Assembly (NCBI RefSeq): GCF_006345805.1
Contig: NW_021835968.1
Span: forward strand, 1-64,000
Reading direction: 5' to 3'
Origin: Octopus sinensis
Lineage: Eukaryota
Length of the DNA: 64,000 bases
Each line of letters opens with the position of its first letter. Position 1 is the stretch's first letter. The notes beneath the pieces were generated by a model. That model ran no database searches and was not told the DNA's origin. It was given only the letters and a program-made list of their open reading frames with translations. Shown piece after piece: positions 1 to 11,095 of this stretch. Both the position numbers and the translations under genes were made by a program.

Positions 1-659
1 TTAATTATTAATCTTTGATTTTTGGTAATGATTATTATAAATAATTAATGCAATGTAATTTATAATATTATTTGCTATTTGAATAGTGATGATTAAATTT
101 TCTAAATATATCATTTTGCTATTTACCCATAGATTAATAGTATATTGTTGTTATAATAACATGTAATTTTTAATAATATGAAAAACAAAATGAAAGGAAT
201 ATTTTTTAATTCACCATGGTTTTAAAAAAAATTTTTTTTTTTTAATATTTAAAAAATTTTGTTCCTGGTATTTCAAAAGAATTAATGTGCTAAGATATGT
301 TTAGATTAAATTACTTAATAGTATAAAATAAATTTTATGACCGTATATATATATATATGTACATATGTATGTATACATATGTATATATGTGTATGTATAC
401 ATATGTATATATACATATATATGTGTATGTATGTATATATATGTATATCTATGTCACGCACACACCAGCACTGACCACTTTCCAGACCCACAGTTCCGCA
501 CATACATGCACATGTCAAGATCACCAGCCCTCTTCCACACGCACATACAAACCCTCTTATACACACATGCGCACACCTTCGTTTTGGGATCACCACTACT
601 TTATTATCTCCCCTTCTCCCTAGCTCTCCTGTATGAACCTTCTGTTCGGCTTTTGCCTT

Positions 660-845
660 GATAGATCGCTAGTCACTACACATTCTTTATTTTCTCTCCT
701 TGTTTCTTTCTGTGTTCCTTTCTGTGGAAGAGTGTAGGCTCAAAACGTTAAAGACTTTTTCACTTCCCGAGCGTTAAACTAATACATCTGTTTGTTGTCT
801 ACACCACCTGTCTTCGTCTTTTGTTTTTTTGTGAATTCTCCCCAC
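660..845 (+). mobile_element. Short interspersed element ending in (TA)n, with a degenerate hammerhead-like motif (family HH-v)
   Basis: Same ~185-bp sequence recurs at 3527-3710 (-), 33241-33410 (-) and partially 28085-28160 (+); each abuts a TA-rich microsatellite. Confidence 0.75.
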
Positions 846-884
<39 letters not shown>

Positions 885-999
885 CTATATATGTATTTTT
901 ATATATATATATATCACCTTCTAAATGTTTCACGTTCTTGTCCCAGTTTGTATATTTTTTTACGTTTACATATGTATATATACTCTTTTACACTTTTAC

Positions 1000-1381
1000 T
1001 CTTTTATTTGTTTCAGTCATTTGACTGCGGCCATGCTGGAGCACCGCCTTTAGTTGAGCAAATCGACCCCGGGACTTATTCTTTGTAAGCCCAGTACTTA
1101 TTCTATCGGTCTCTTTTGCCAACCGCTAAGTGACGGGGACGTAAACACACCAGCATCGTTGTTTAAGCAATGCTAGGGGGACAAACCCAACACACACACC
1201 ACACATCTGTATATATACTATATACGACAGGCTTCTTTCAGTTTCCGTCTACCAATCCACTCACAAGGCATTGGTCGCCCGGAGCTATAGCAGAAGACAC
1301 TTGCCCAAGATGCCACGCAGTAGGACTGAACCCAGAACATGTGGTTGGTTAGCAAGCTACTTACCCACAGCCACTCCTGCT

Positions 1382-1385
<4 letters not shown>
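1000..1385 (-). mobile_element. tRNA-derived SINE, family A (head GGCGCAGGAGTGGCTGTGTGGTAAG, internal microsatellite, GTAAAAGA-type tail)
   Basis: A-box-like TGGCTGTGTGG and B-box-like GGTTCAGTCC head; at least 14 further copies in the window (e.g. 7635-8078, 35283-35667, 44336-44738, 54438-54815). Confidence 0.85.
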
Positions 1386-1426
<41 letters not shown>

Positions 1427-1997
1427 TATATATATTATATACTGTACATATATCTGTGTGTATATGTATATATATCTATATATGTATGTGTATATATATA
1501 CATGTACACACACACATAGAATTATATACACATGCATAGACATGAAATACTAATTTAAGTAGACGTGGAGCAGACGAAGGTGATAGAAATAAATGTGGCA
1601 ATTATGAGATGTAAAATCAATTTCTTATCAGGTGTAAACCTGGAATATTGAAATACAAATACTGAACCCCCCACACGTGCACCTGTCGCCCACCCCCCAC
1701 ACATGCATGTTCTCACATATGCACATACATTCTGATTAACACATCGTTTATAGCTGTCTTTGTTTTAAATAATTCAATCAGTATAGTTACGCCTACACAT
1801 TCATGTATATATATATATATATGCACACACACATATATATATGCACACATATATATACATACACACATAAGTATATATATATATGTATATGCATATATGT
1901 ATATATGAACATCTATATGTAGATTTGAATATATTTCTATATGTGTATATATATGTGAATATATGTGTGTGTGTGGGTATATATGTATGTATGTATA

Positions 1998-2044
<47 letters not shown>

Positions 2045-2099
2045 GTATATACATATGTGTGTATATATATATATATGCATATATATCTCTGTGTGTGTA

Positions 2100-2970
2100 C
2101 AGAGTGCGGTGATTAAACTGTTGTCTAAATTACGCAAAAATGAAAATAACACTGACGTCTCATTTTAACAGATATATTTACCAAAATTACATTAAAACCT
2201 CTTGAAATACTAAGGAGTAAATTTATTCAGTAAAACCGCCATTAGTTTCGACCACAGCCTCCAGGTGACTTCAGAATCTACTGCAGCTCTTCTGGATGGA
2301 TTCCTTGTTTAAGTTCGTGAATGCTTCCATAATCCTTGCCTTCAGTTCATCTTTGGTGTTATAAGGAGTTTTGTTGGTTTCTCACTCGACTGCACCCCAC
2401 ACATAATAATCAAGGGGGTTGCAGTCTGGGGAGTTTGGTGGCCAGATGTTAGGGTTGATGTAGTCGTAGAAATTGTCTGACAGCCACGACTGGTTTCTCC
2501 TGTATGTGTGACATGGTGCAGAGTCATGTTGTCAGATATAGGGTCTTCGAGCAGCCACCCTCTTGACCCAGGCATCACTACCTCCTCCAGGCATATGATG
2601 TAGGCCGCCATGTTGATTGTGATGCCGTGTGGGAGGATGAATGAAGGCATAACATTGTCATCACTAGTGATCACTCTAAACATTATGATGTAGACTGGTT
2701 GTTTGATTTTTATCATGCTTCTTACATGTCCTCAGATTGACACCCAAACACTCTGAAATGTTTGTATTGGAGCTTCCGGCACAAATGCCAAGCAGTACAG
2801 CATGCTGTTTCCAAATTTCTGGTTGAGTGAATTGTTTCATGGTGCTTTTTTTTTTCTTACAGACAGTGCCCAACTGACCCTACTATACAGTGTTGCCAAC
2901 AAAATCAAAAACAATGTGCATGTGTAAAATTAAAAATATAAAATGATGACAAATTATCCGTTGCATCCTG
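2100..2970 (-). mobile_element. Internally deleted Tc1/mariner-superfamily transposon, maT/DD37D-like transposase remnant
   Basis: TA at both ends (2098-2099, 2971-2972); degenerate TIRs CAGAGTGCGGTGATTAAACTGT / rc CAGGATGCAACGGATAATTTGT; minus-strand peptides VITSDDNVMPSFILPHG..AYIICLEEVVMP and IWPPNSPDCNPLDYYVWGAVE, frameshifted. Confidence 0.8.
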
Positions 2971-2986
2971 TATGTATGTGTATATG

Positions 2987-3038
<52 letters not shown>

Positions 3039-3064
3039 GTGTGTGTATGTATATATACATATAT

Positions 3065-3361
3065 AGTTATGACCCCAATATCGTAATAGCTTGGGATTCA
3101 AGGGACCACAACTTTTTAATGCCCTACCACAGAACATCAGGGATCTGCAAGGTGTAGACATGGAAGTCTTCAAAAAACATCAAGGCAGTTTTTTATCCGC
3201 AATTCTGGATGAACCCACATCACAGCAGGAAGCACAAAGAAGAGCACCGACATCCAACTTGCTACTTATCTAGAAGCAATACTGAAAAAATCCCCAGATG
3301 AAGTAAAAGTGGTGCACCAGCATGGCCTCAGCCTCTGTCTGAAACCCATAAAAGATAAAAG
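3065..3361 (+). mobile_element. 3' end of a non-LTR retrotransposon (ORF2 C-terminus plus 3' tail; CR1/L2-group-like)
   Basis: Peptide GFKGPQLFNALPQNIRDLQGVDMEVFKK..FLSAILDEP resembles LINE ORF2 C-termini; followed by tail GGTGCACCAGCATGGCC..CTGAAAC..AAAAGATAAAAG. Confidence 0.65.
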
Positions 3362-3362
3362 G

Positions 3363-3475
3363 TTATGGGTTCAGTCCCACTGTGTGGCATCTTGGGCAAG
3401 TGTCTTCTACTATAGCCTCAGGCTGACCAAAGCCTTGTGAGTGGATTTGGTAGATGGAAACTGAAAAGCCCATCG

Positions 3476-3507
<32 letters not shown>

Positions 3508-3925
3508 ATATATATTATATATATATCGGAAGAGTTCACGAAAAAAACAAAAGACGAAGACAGGTGGTGTAGAAAACAAACCAATGTATTAGTATAATGC
3601 TCAGGAATTGAAAAAGTCTTTTATGTTTCGAGCCTACGCTCTTCTACAGAAAGGGACACAGAAAAAAACAAGGAGAGAAAAAAATGTGTGTAGTGGCTAA
3701 CGATCTATCATATATATATGTATATGTTTGAGTGTCTGTGTTTATCATCCCACCATCACTTGAGAAACGATGTTTGTGCATTTATGTCCTTGTAACCTAG
3801 CAGTTCAGCAAAACAGAACGATAGTATTGGGCTTACAAAACATAAGTCTTGTAGATGAGTTGTTCAACTAAAGATGGTGCTCCAGCATGGCCAGTCAAAT
3901 GACTGAAACACATAAAAGAATAAAA
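3363..3925 (+). mobile_element. SINE family A copy interrupted by an HH-v element (3527-3710, -) inside its internal microsatellite
   Basis: SINE head part 3363-3476 and body/tail 3725-3925 flank the HH-v sequence. Confidence 0.75.
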
Positions 3926-4521
3926 GAACACACACACACACACATATATATAGCCATGCATTCATATAAGTATACATGTTTATATACATATCTGTGTTGT
4001 GTATATACAGATAATACTACAGTTGCTTTCCTGTTTTGTAGTTTGAGTTCCTGTCATGTGCGCGTGTGTGTATATATATATATACATATGTATATATTTT
4101 ATGACCAGAACACGTGTTTAAGTCTGAATTTTCTTTTTTTTTTACAATTATCTATATTTCTGTGTGGATGTACATACATACTTATATATATGTAATATGA
4201 GTGTGTGTTGTGTGTGTGTGTGTGTGTATACATCTGTCTGTTTTTATATATATGTATAAGTATCAGTGCATGCGTGTGCATATTTGTGTGTGTGCATGTA
4301 CATGTGTATGTATCTACACATATATATATGTGGATATGGGTGCTTGCATTTGTTTATTTTAAGATGTGTGGTAACATGTGCTCGTGTGTATGTGTTTCTG
4401 TATATGTGTACATTCCTGAGTGTGTGTGTGTTTGTTTTATGTTTTGAATGCATGCAAGTATAATATTTAGATAATTCTTCCTTGTTCTTCTTAAAGATGT
4501 TAAGTACACACCCTTCAAATA

Positions 4522-4535
4522 GTTGCTATAGCAAC
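4522..4535. promoter_or_regulatory. RFX X-box-like palindrome GTTGCTATAGCAAC
   Basis: Perfect 14-bp palindrome matching the RFX consensus GTNRCYNNRGYAAC, in a non-repetitive island. Confidence 0.35.
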
Positions 4536-4739
4536 AGATGTGTTCATGAACACCACTTGTGGCTGGTGGCCGACCAAGCCATTAAGTGAAATGGAGGTGG
4601 GAAGAGGAAGCAGTGGAGATTATGTTTATGAGGATGGCAACGATGATGATGATGATGATGGCTATGTTTCTTTCACAATGTCATATTTCCTAAGTGCTTA
4701 GTGAAATCTTAAGTAAAATCATCATAATTGTTATTATTA

Positions 4740-5990
4740 TTTAGTGGTATTTCATCCGGTTCTTTAATTTCTGAGTTCAAATTTCACTGAGGTCATCTCT
4801 AGCTTTCATCCTTTAGGGAGTTTGATAAAATAAAGTACTAGTCAAGTACTGGGGTCAATGTAGTTGTCTTGCCACCCCCACCCACCCCGACTCCTCTAAA
4901 TTACCAGCCTTGAGCCAAAATCTGAAGCAATTACTTAAGTGTTTTATCTGGGTCTTTGCATGCTAAGTTCAAATCCTGCTGAAGTCAACTTCACCCTTTA
5001 TCATTTCTGGGGTCAGTAAGATAAATACCAGCAAAGTACTGGAGGTTGATGTAATCAGCTTGCTATCTCTGACCTTGTGCCAAAATCAGAAAGAATTCTT
5101 TAGCAGTGTTTGGGCTTCTTTTCTTTAACATTCTGAGTTCAAATCCTGCTAAGATTACCTTTACCGTTTATTATTTTGGGACCAATAAGGTAGTGAGCTG
5201 GTAGAATCATTAGTGAATCAGACAAAATGCTAAGCATTTCTTCCTGCTCTTTACATTCTGGGTTCAAATTTTGTCAAGCTCAACTTTTCCTTTTTTACCA
5301 CTCAGAGTCAATAAATTAAATGCTACTTAAACGCTTGGGTTTTTTAGTAATCAACTTATGCCCTCTCGTAAAATTGCTGTCCTTGTGCCAAAATTTGAAA
5401 CCAATAAGTACCAGCTGAACATTGGGGTTCTTATAATCATCTTCCCTTCTCCTTTAAAATTGTCAGACTTTTGAAGCCATTATTCTGGGATTAATAAAAT
5501 GACATACCAGTCGTATACTAGGCTTCATTCAATCACTTTAACCCACTCTTTCCAAATTTCCAGCCTGCTGCCTATATTAGAAACAATTGTTGCTAATACC
5601 TTGTAGTATTTGTAGTAGCTATGTATGCTCTGAGTTCAAATCCAGTCACGGTCACACTTTGCTTTCCATTCTTCAGGGATTGATAAAATAAAATTAACTG
5701 TCATGATATGGGGTCTGTATCATCAACAAAAATTTCTGGCATTATGCCTATGTAAAAAGTCATAGGCTGGTAGATTGGCAGAATCGTTTTAAAGTCAAAC
5801 AAAATACCTTGTGATATTTCTTTTGATTGGTTTTGTTATAAGTTCAAATCTTACTGTGGCCAATTTTGCCTTTAATCCTTTCATCTTTGATTGGTTCTTA
5901 TTTTATCAAAACCAAAAAGAAATGTTAAAGTTGACCATAGCAGCATTTGAACTCAAAATGTCAAGTGCTGGTAGAAATATGTGACTTAGA
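4740..5990 (+). mobile_element. Cluster of decayed SINE family B copies (core TTCTGAGTTCAAATTCC..GCCTTTCATCCTTTCGGGGTCGATAAATTAAGTACCAG)
   Basis: At least 6 head-to-tail degenerate copies of the same core; the last one is on the minus strand. Confidence 0.8.
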
Positions 5991-6880
5991 CGTCATGGTG
6001 TGGTGAGGATATATCCCATTTTTCTCAATGAAGTTCAACATGCCATTAATAGTTCTGCCAACACTGCTCTTTTCATCCTTCAGGGTCTTTAAAATAAAGT
6101 AGGGTGTTGGATTAATGATTGTAAGATTGTGGTTTCGGTTCCTGGACCAGGCAACTTGGTGTGTTCTTGGGCAAAACACTTCACTTCACATTGCTCCAAC
6201 ATTCACTCAGCTGGTAGCAATGAGTAAACCTGCAATGGACTGGCATCATGTCCTGGGGGGAAGTTATATATGCCACGGAAACTGGAAAACCAGCTCTATG
6301 AGTCTATGATTTGGAAAGTATCTTTTCCTACTCTGGATGATTTAATCCACTAACCTATCCCTTCAAATTTCTGGCCTTGTGTTAGAAACAATTGTTAGGT
6401 ACATGATCATAAGGCTATCAGTTCAATTCCTGAAATGGGTAGTGCATTGTATTCCTTGAACAAAATATTTCATTCAGTCTGCTCATTGGGCCGACCAAAG
6501 ACTTGTGAGTGGATTTGGTAGACGGAAACTGAAAGAAGCCCGTCATATATATGTATATATATATATGTATGTATGTGTTTGTGTGTCTGTGTTTGTCTCC
6601 CCAACATTGCCTGACAACTGATGCTGGTGTGTTTACGTCCCCATAACTTAGCAGTTCGGCAAAAGAGACCGATAGAATAAGTACTAGGCTTACAAAGAAT
6701 AAGTCCTGGGATCGATTTGCTTGACTAAAGACGGTGCTCCAGCATGGCTGCAATCAAATGACTGAAACAAGTGAAAGAGTAAAGAGTAGAGCAAAAGTAA
6801 ACTGAGATACAGTGGTTCCAGATGGACGGACAAAATTTCGCTTTTATTATTATTATTTTATTATTATTATTGTTGTTATT

Positions 6881-6911
<31 letters not shown>

Positions 6912-6925
6912 TTATTATTTTATTA

Positions 6926-6962
<37 letters not shown>

Positions 6963-7179
6963 GATGTCATACTGCATATTTTTATGGTTACAACAAGCTA
7001 TATGTGTTGCCACTGCACAGAGTATGGGAACAGAAAATTATGCCCAGTTGCCTATGTGAATGCCCGTACTCTGTGGCTGTACCAGTCTCCATGTCCTCTG
7101 TCATCATATTATTGCTTGTGTCTGTGTGTGTGTCTGTGTTTATATGTGTGGTTGTGCATGTAGTAACCTTTTCATAAAT

Positions 7180-7466
7180 TGTTTGTTTGTTTGTTCCTTT
7201 TCGAGCCTTTTCCGGTTTCCTTGGCATATAGGTTTCCCACCTGGACCGGACGCCAGTCCCTTGCAGGTGAGCTGCAAGATGCAGGAGGAAAGAGTGAGAG
7301 AAAGTTGTGGCGAAAGAGTCAGCAGAAGTTCGCCATTACATTCTGCCAGAGCCGCATGGAGCTTAGGTGTTTCGCTCATGAACACACATCGCTCGGTCTG
7401 AGATTCGAACCCACAATCCCTCGACTGCGAGTCCGCTACTCTAACCACTAGGCCATGTGCCTCCAC
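7180..7466 (-). mobile_element. Young full-length tRNA-derived SINE (family C) with 15-bp target-site duplication
   Basis: A box TGGCCTAGTGG, B box GGTTCGAATC, (ACAA)n tail; TSD AACCTTTTCATAAAT at 7165-7179 and 7467-7481; central TGCAAGGGACTGGCGTCCGGTCCAGG resembles the V-SINE domain. Confidence 0.9.
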
Positions 7467-7634
7467 AACCTTTTCATAAATAAAGGGGGGGAAAATAGTC
7501 TTCATTAATATTTGTGTGTTTGTGTGTAGTGTCCAAGATCTGTGTACAGTATGTGTGGCCTGTTATCTAAGTGTATGTATTTGTGTGACTACGTACATAT
7601 GTATGTGTATATGTTTATACAAATTCATTCTACT

Positions 7635-7846
7635 CTCTTTACTCTTTTACTTGTTTCAGTCCTTTGACTGCAGCCATGCTGGAGCACTGCCTTTAGTCGA
7701 GCAAATCGACTCCAGGACTTATTCTTTGTAAGCCTAGTACTTATTCTATCGGTCTCTTTTGCCAAGCCGCTTAGTTACGGGGACGTAAACACACCAGCAT
7801 CAGTTGTCAAGTGATGTTGGGAGAACAAACATATACACACACACAC

Positions 7847-7909
<63 letters not shown>

Positions 7910-8078
7910 TACATACGACGGGCTTCTTTCAGTTGCCGTCTACCAAATCCACTCACAAGGCTTTGGTCGGCTTGAGGCTATAGTAGAAGACACTTGCCCA
8001 AGGTGCCACACAGTGGGACTGAACCCGAACCATGTGGTTGGTAAGCAAGTTATTTACCACACAGCCACTCCTGCGCCT
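7635..8078 (-). mobile_element. SINE family A, full length
   Basis: Same head, body and tail as 1000-1385. Confidence 0.85.
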
Positions 8079-8782
8079 ATTCTGTATACTTTAACAGTAG
8101 TGTTGATGTTAACCTTCCCATTCTTGACCTTTCGTGTGGTCACTTCCTTTTTGTTTAATGTGAAGTCAAAGATGAACAAAAGGTTTATTGTAATGATTCC
8201 TTCTTTAAATGCTACTTAAACGCTTGGGTTTTTTAGTAATCAACTTATGCCCTCCCGCAAAATTGCTGTCCTTGTGCCAAAATTTGAAACCAATAAGTAC
8301 CAGCTGTTATCTTGTTTTTGATATTACTTTAAATATCTATGGCTTGACCATTACTGCAGAGAATTAGACATAATGCTTTGTTGACCATTGTCTTACCACT
8401 CTAATATCACACTCTTAATCATTTCCTTCTGGTTCTTTGTGATCTGGGTTCAAATCCCATCAAGGTCAATGCTTTTTCATATTTTCTGTGTTGATAAAGT
8501 AGAGGGCCATTCAAGTACTGGGTCATTGGCATCAGCTAACCCTTGCATGTTACAAACAATTATGGTAGAATTAAAGGTGAGACAGTGACAAAATCATTTA
8601 AAGTGTCAACATTCTGAGTTCAAATTCCGCTGAGGTCAATTTTGCCTTTCATCCTTTTGGAGTTAATAAATTAAATATCAGTGAAACACTGGGGTCAATA
8701 TAATGAACCACCCCACCTCCACCAAATTTTCAAACCTTGTGACTATAGTAGAAAGGATTATTATTATTGTTATTATTATTAT

Positions 8783-9265
8783 TGAGTGAGAGAGCAGTGC
8801 ATGCCATCAAAGTGACACTGGAGTAAAATATATGATGCCCAGTATACCCATCATGACTATCCGTCTGATAAGGGTACACTAAGCACATGCATTACAACCA
8901 TATGTGCACAACATGGTGATCTCATATCAAGATAAACAGCACATGACCTTGCAGGTGGGGCCCAGTTAGAATTTTCTCCTGGCCGAGTAGCCCATCTCGC
9001 TCAAAAGGTCCCTAAATAAGGATTGTTTAAGAATGTTGAACAAACCACCCATGTTTCCAAAGGTGAATTATCCAAACCTCTAAGAATTCCTTTCAACACA
9101 CGGCTATGAGGCTCCCTCACTACTTCTGCTCGGGATCAGAGATGCACATATCGTCAGCCGCTAAGGGACATGGTCAACTGGTTAAGGTCAAACAACTGAC
9201 AAGCAAATCTGTGGTATTGAGCAGAATATTTTATACCAAAGCAAAACAATGTACATAACACTTCC
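8783..9265. repeat. Unclassified ~480-bp GC-richer insertion between (ATT)n tracts
   Basis: Sharp compositional boundaries with (ATT)n on both sides; no ORF; single copy in this window. Confidence 0.4.
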
Positions 9266-9309
9266 ATTATTATTATTATCATCATCATCATCATCGTCAT
9301 TACCATAAA

Positions 9310-9953
9310 TTGGCTGAACCATTAGCACGTCAGGCAAAATGCTTACCAATATCTTTATGTTCTGAGTTCAAATTCTGCCAAAGTCAACTTTACATTTCAT
9401 CCTTTCAGAGTTGATAAAATAAGTACCAGTCAGAAACTAGGCTCAATCTAACCAACTTATCCCTCCCCTCAAAAACTGCTGGTTTTGTGGTAAAATTTGA
9501 AACCATTATGTCATTGGTAGCAGAATCATTAGTATGTTGGACAAAATGCTAGGCGGTATTTTGCCCATCACTGCATTCTGAGTTCAAATTCCACTGAGGT
9601 CAGCTTTGCCTCTCGTCCTTTTGAGGTTGTTAAATTAAGTACCAGTGAGACACTGGAGTCAATGTAATCGACTAGACCCCTCACCCCAAATTTTAGGCCT
9701 TGTACCTTTAATAGAAGGGATTATTATTATTCTTTTCTACTCTAGGCAAAAGGCCCGAAATTTCTGGGGAGGGAGCCAGTCAATTAGATCAACCCAGTAC
9801 ACAACTGGTACTTAATTTATTGACCCCAAAAGGATGAAAGGCAAAGTCGACCTCAGAATTTGAACTCAGAACATAAAGACAGACAAAATACTGCTAAGCA
9901 TTTCGCTCAGTGTGCTAACGTTTCTGCCAGCTCGCTCACCTTATAATTATTAC

Positions 9954-9984
<31 letters not shown>

Positions 9985-10420
9985 GTTATTGTTATTGTTA
10001 TTATTATTATTTTTTTATTGTTATTATTATTATTATTATCATCGGCATTATTATTATTATGGCTTAGTGGCATTTTCTTCCAGTTTTACATTTGACTTCA
10101 AATTCCTCCAAAGTTGACTTCCTTTTTGTCCTTGATAAAATAAATTACCAGTCAAGCACTGGGATATACCCTTAAGACCACTGGTCTTATGCCAGAATTT
10201 AAAGCAATTCTTATTGTTTTGAAATCATTAGAGTATCATAAAGTGCACCTGGTGGCATCTGTTCCAGCTCTTTAGATTCTAGCAGGGTCAAATGTGCCTT
10301 TTTTCCCCTCCAAGGTCAACAAAATGAAGCTGCAATCAGTCAACTACTGGGGTCAGTGATACCAATTAACCCCTTCCCTTTTCCCTTATGTCTAAATAAG
10401 AAACCATTATAATTTAGGTT
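9310..10420. mobile_element. SINE family B cluster including a tail-to-tail inverted pair (9515-9730 +, 9731-9942 -)
   Basis: Family B core on both strands; (ATT)n tails. Confidence 0.8.
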
Positions 10421-10699
10421 ACATGGAGTGGTAGAGTTCAAATGGTGCTCAGCCCATAAACCCTGTTGCTTCATCCTACATCACTTCATTCCTCCAGGGT
10501 CAACATGTATATAAAAAAAATACCAAGTTAATCAACTCAGTTTCTGGCCCTTGGGTCAACATGACCAATTTATTAGTATTGCACAGCATTTCTTTCTTTT
10601 TTGTTGTTGTTTCTTTCTTTTACTCAATCTAAAATACCATTGTTATCTTATTTTGTTTCTCCCTTATATAGTGTAACGAAAGGAAATTAATATGCTCAC

Positions 10700-10715
10700 T
10701 CATGATCTACTAACT
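10700..10715 (-). CDS. Candidate 16-nt microexon (AGTTAGTAGATCATGA)
   Basis: Acceptor TTTTTAATTCTTGCTTGCGGTAG (two UGC motifs), donor GTGAGC; in frame with upstream candidates as (E)LVDH. Confidence 0.25.
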
Positions 10716-10799
10716 CTACCGCAAGCAAGAATTAAAAATAAACACTGTATATAGGCCAGTGTCTCCATTTATGCATATTGCTGATGACCCACTCAGAAA

Positions 10800-11095
10800 G
10801 AAATAGAAAGAGAAACAGATGGACAGATAGATAAAAAAGATGATATGACTGGCAGATAAACAGATAGGCAGATAAAAAGATGGAATGAAAGTCGGGCAGA
10901 TAGGAAAATAAATTGAAAGACAGACAGACAGATGGACAGGTAGACACATAAAAAGATGGAATGAAAGTCAGGCAGATAGGAAAATAAAATGAAAGACAGA
11001 TACATAGACAGGCAGAGAGATAGATAAATGGACAGACACACACACACACATACACACTGAAAGGCAAATTGACAAACAGATAGACAGATAACAAA
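10800..11095. repeat. (GATA/GACA)n compound microsatellite with a ~95-bp higher-order duplication
   Basis: AAAAAGATGGAATGAAAGTC(G/A)GGCAGATAGGAAAATAAA occurs twice. Confidence 0.8.

Noticed and set aside
1560-1648. Possible minus-strand terminal exon FTPDKKLILHLIIATFISITFVCSTST*, in phase with the microexon chain
   Set aside because: Supported only by a modest acceptor; no homology recognised; phase match has a 1-in-3 chance
7016-7075. 13-bp stem CACAGAGTATGGG / CCCGTACTCTGTG as a pre-miRNA
   Set aside because: Stem too short and the remainder does not pair
7395-7466. tRNA gene
   Set aside because: tRNA-like head of a SINE with body, tail and TSD; no complete cloverleaf
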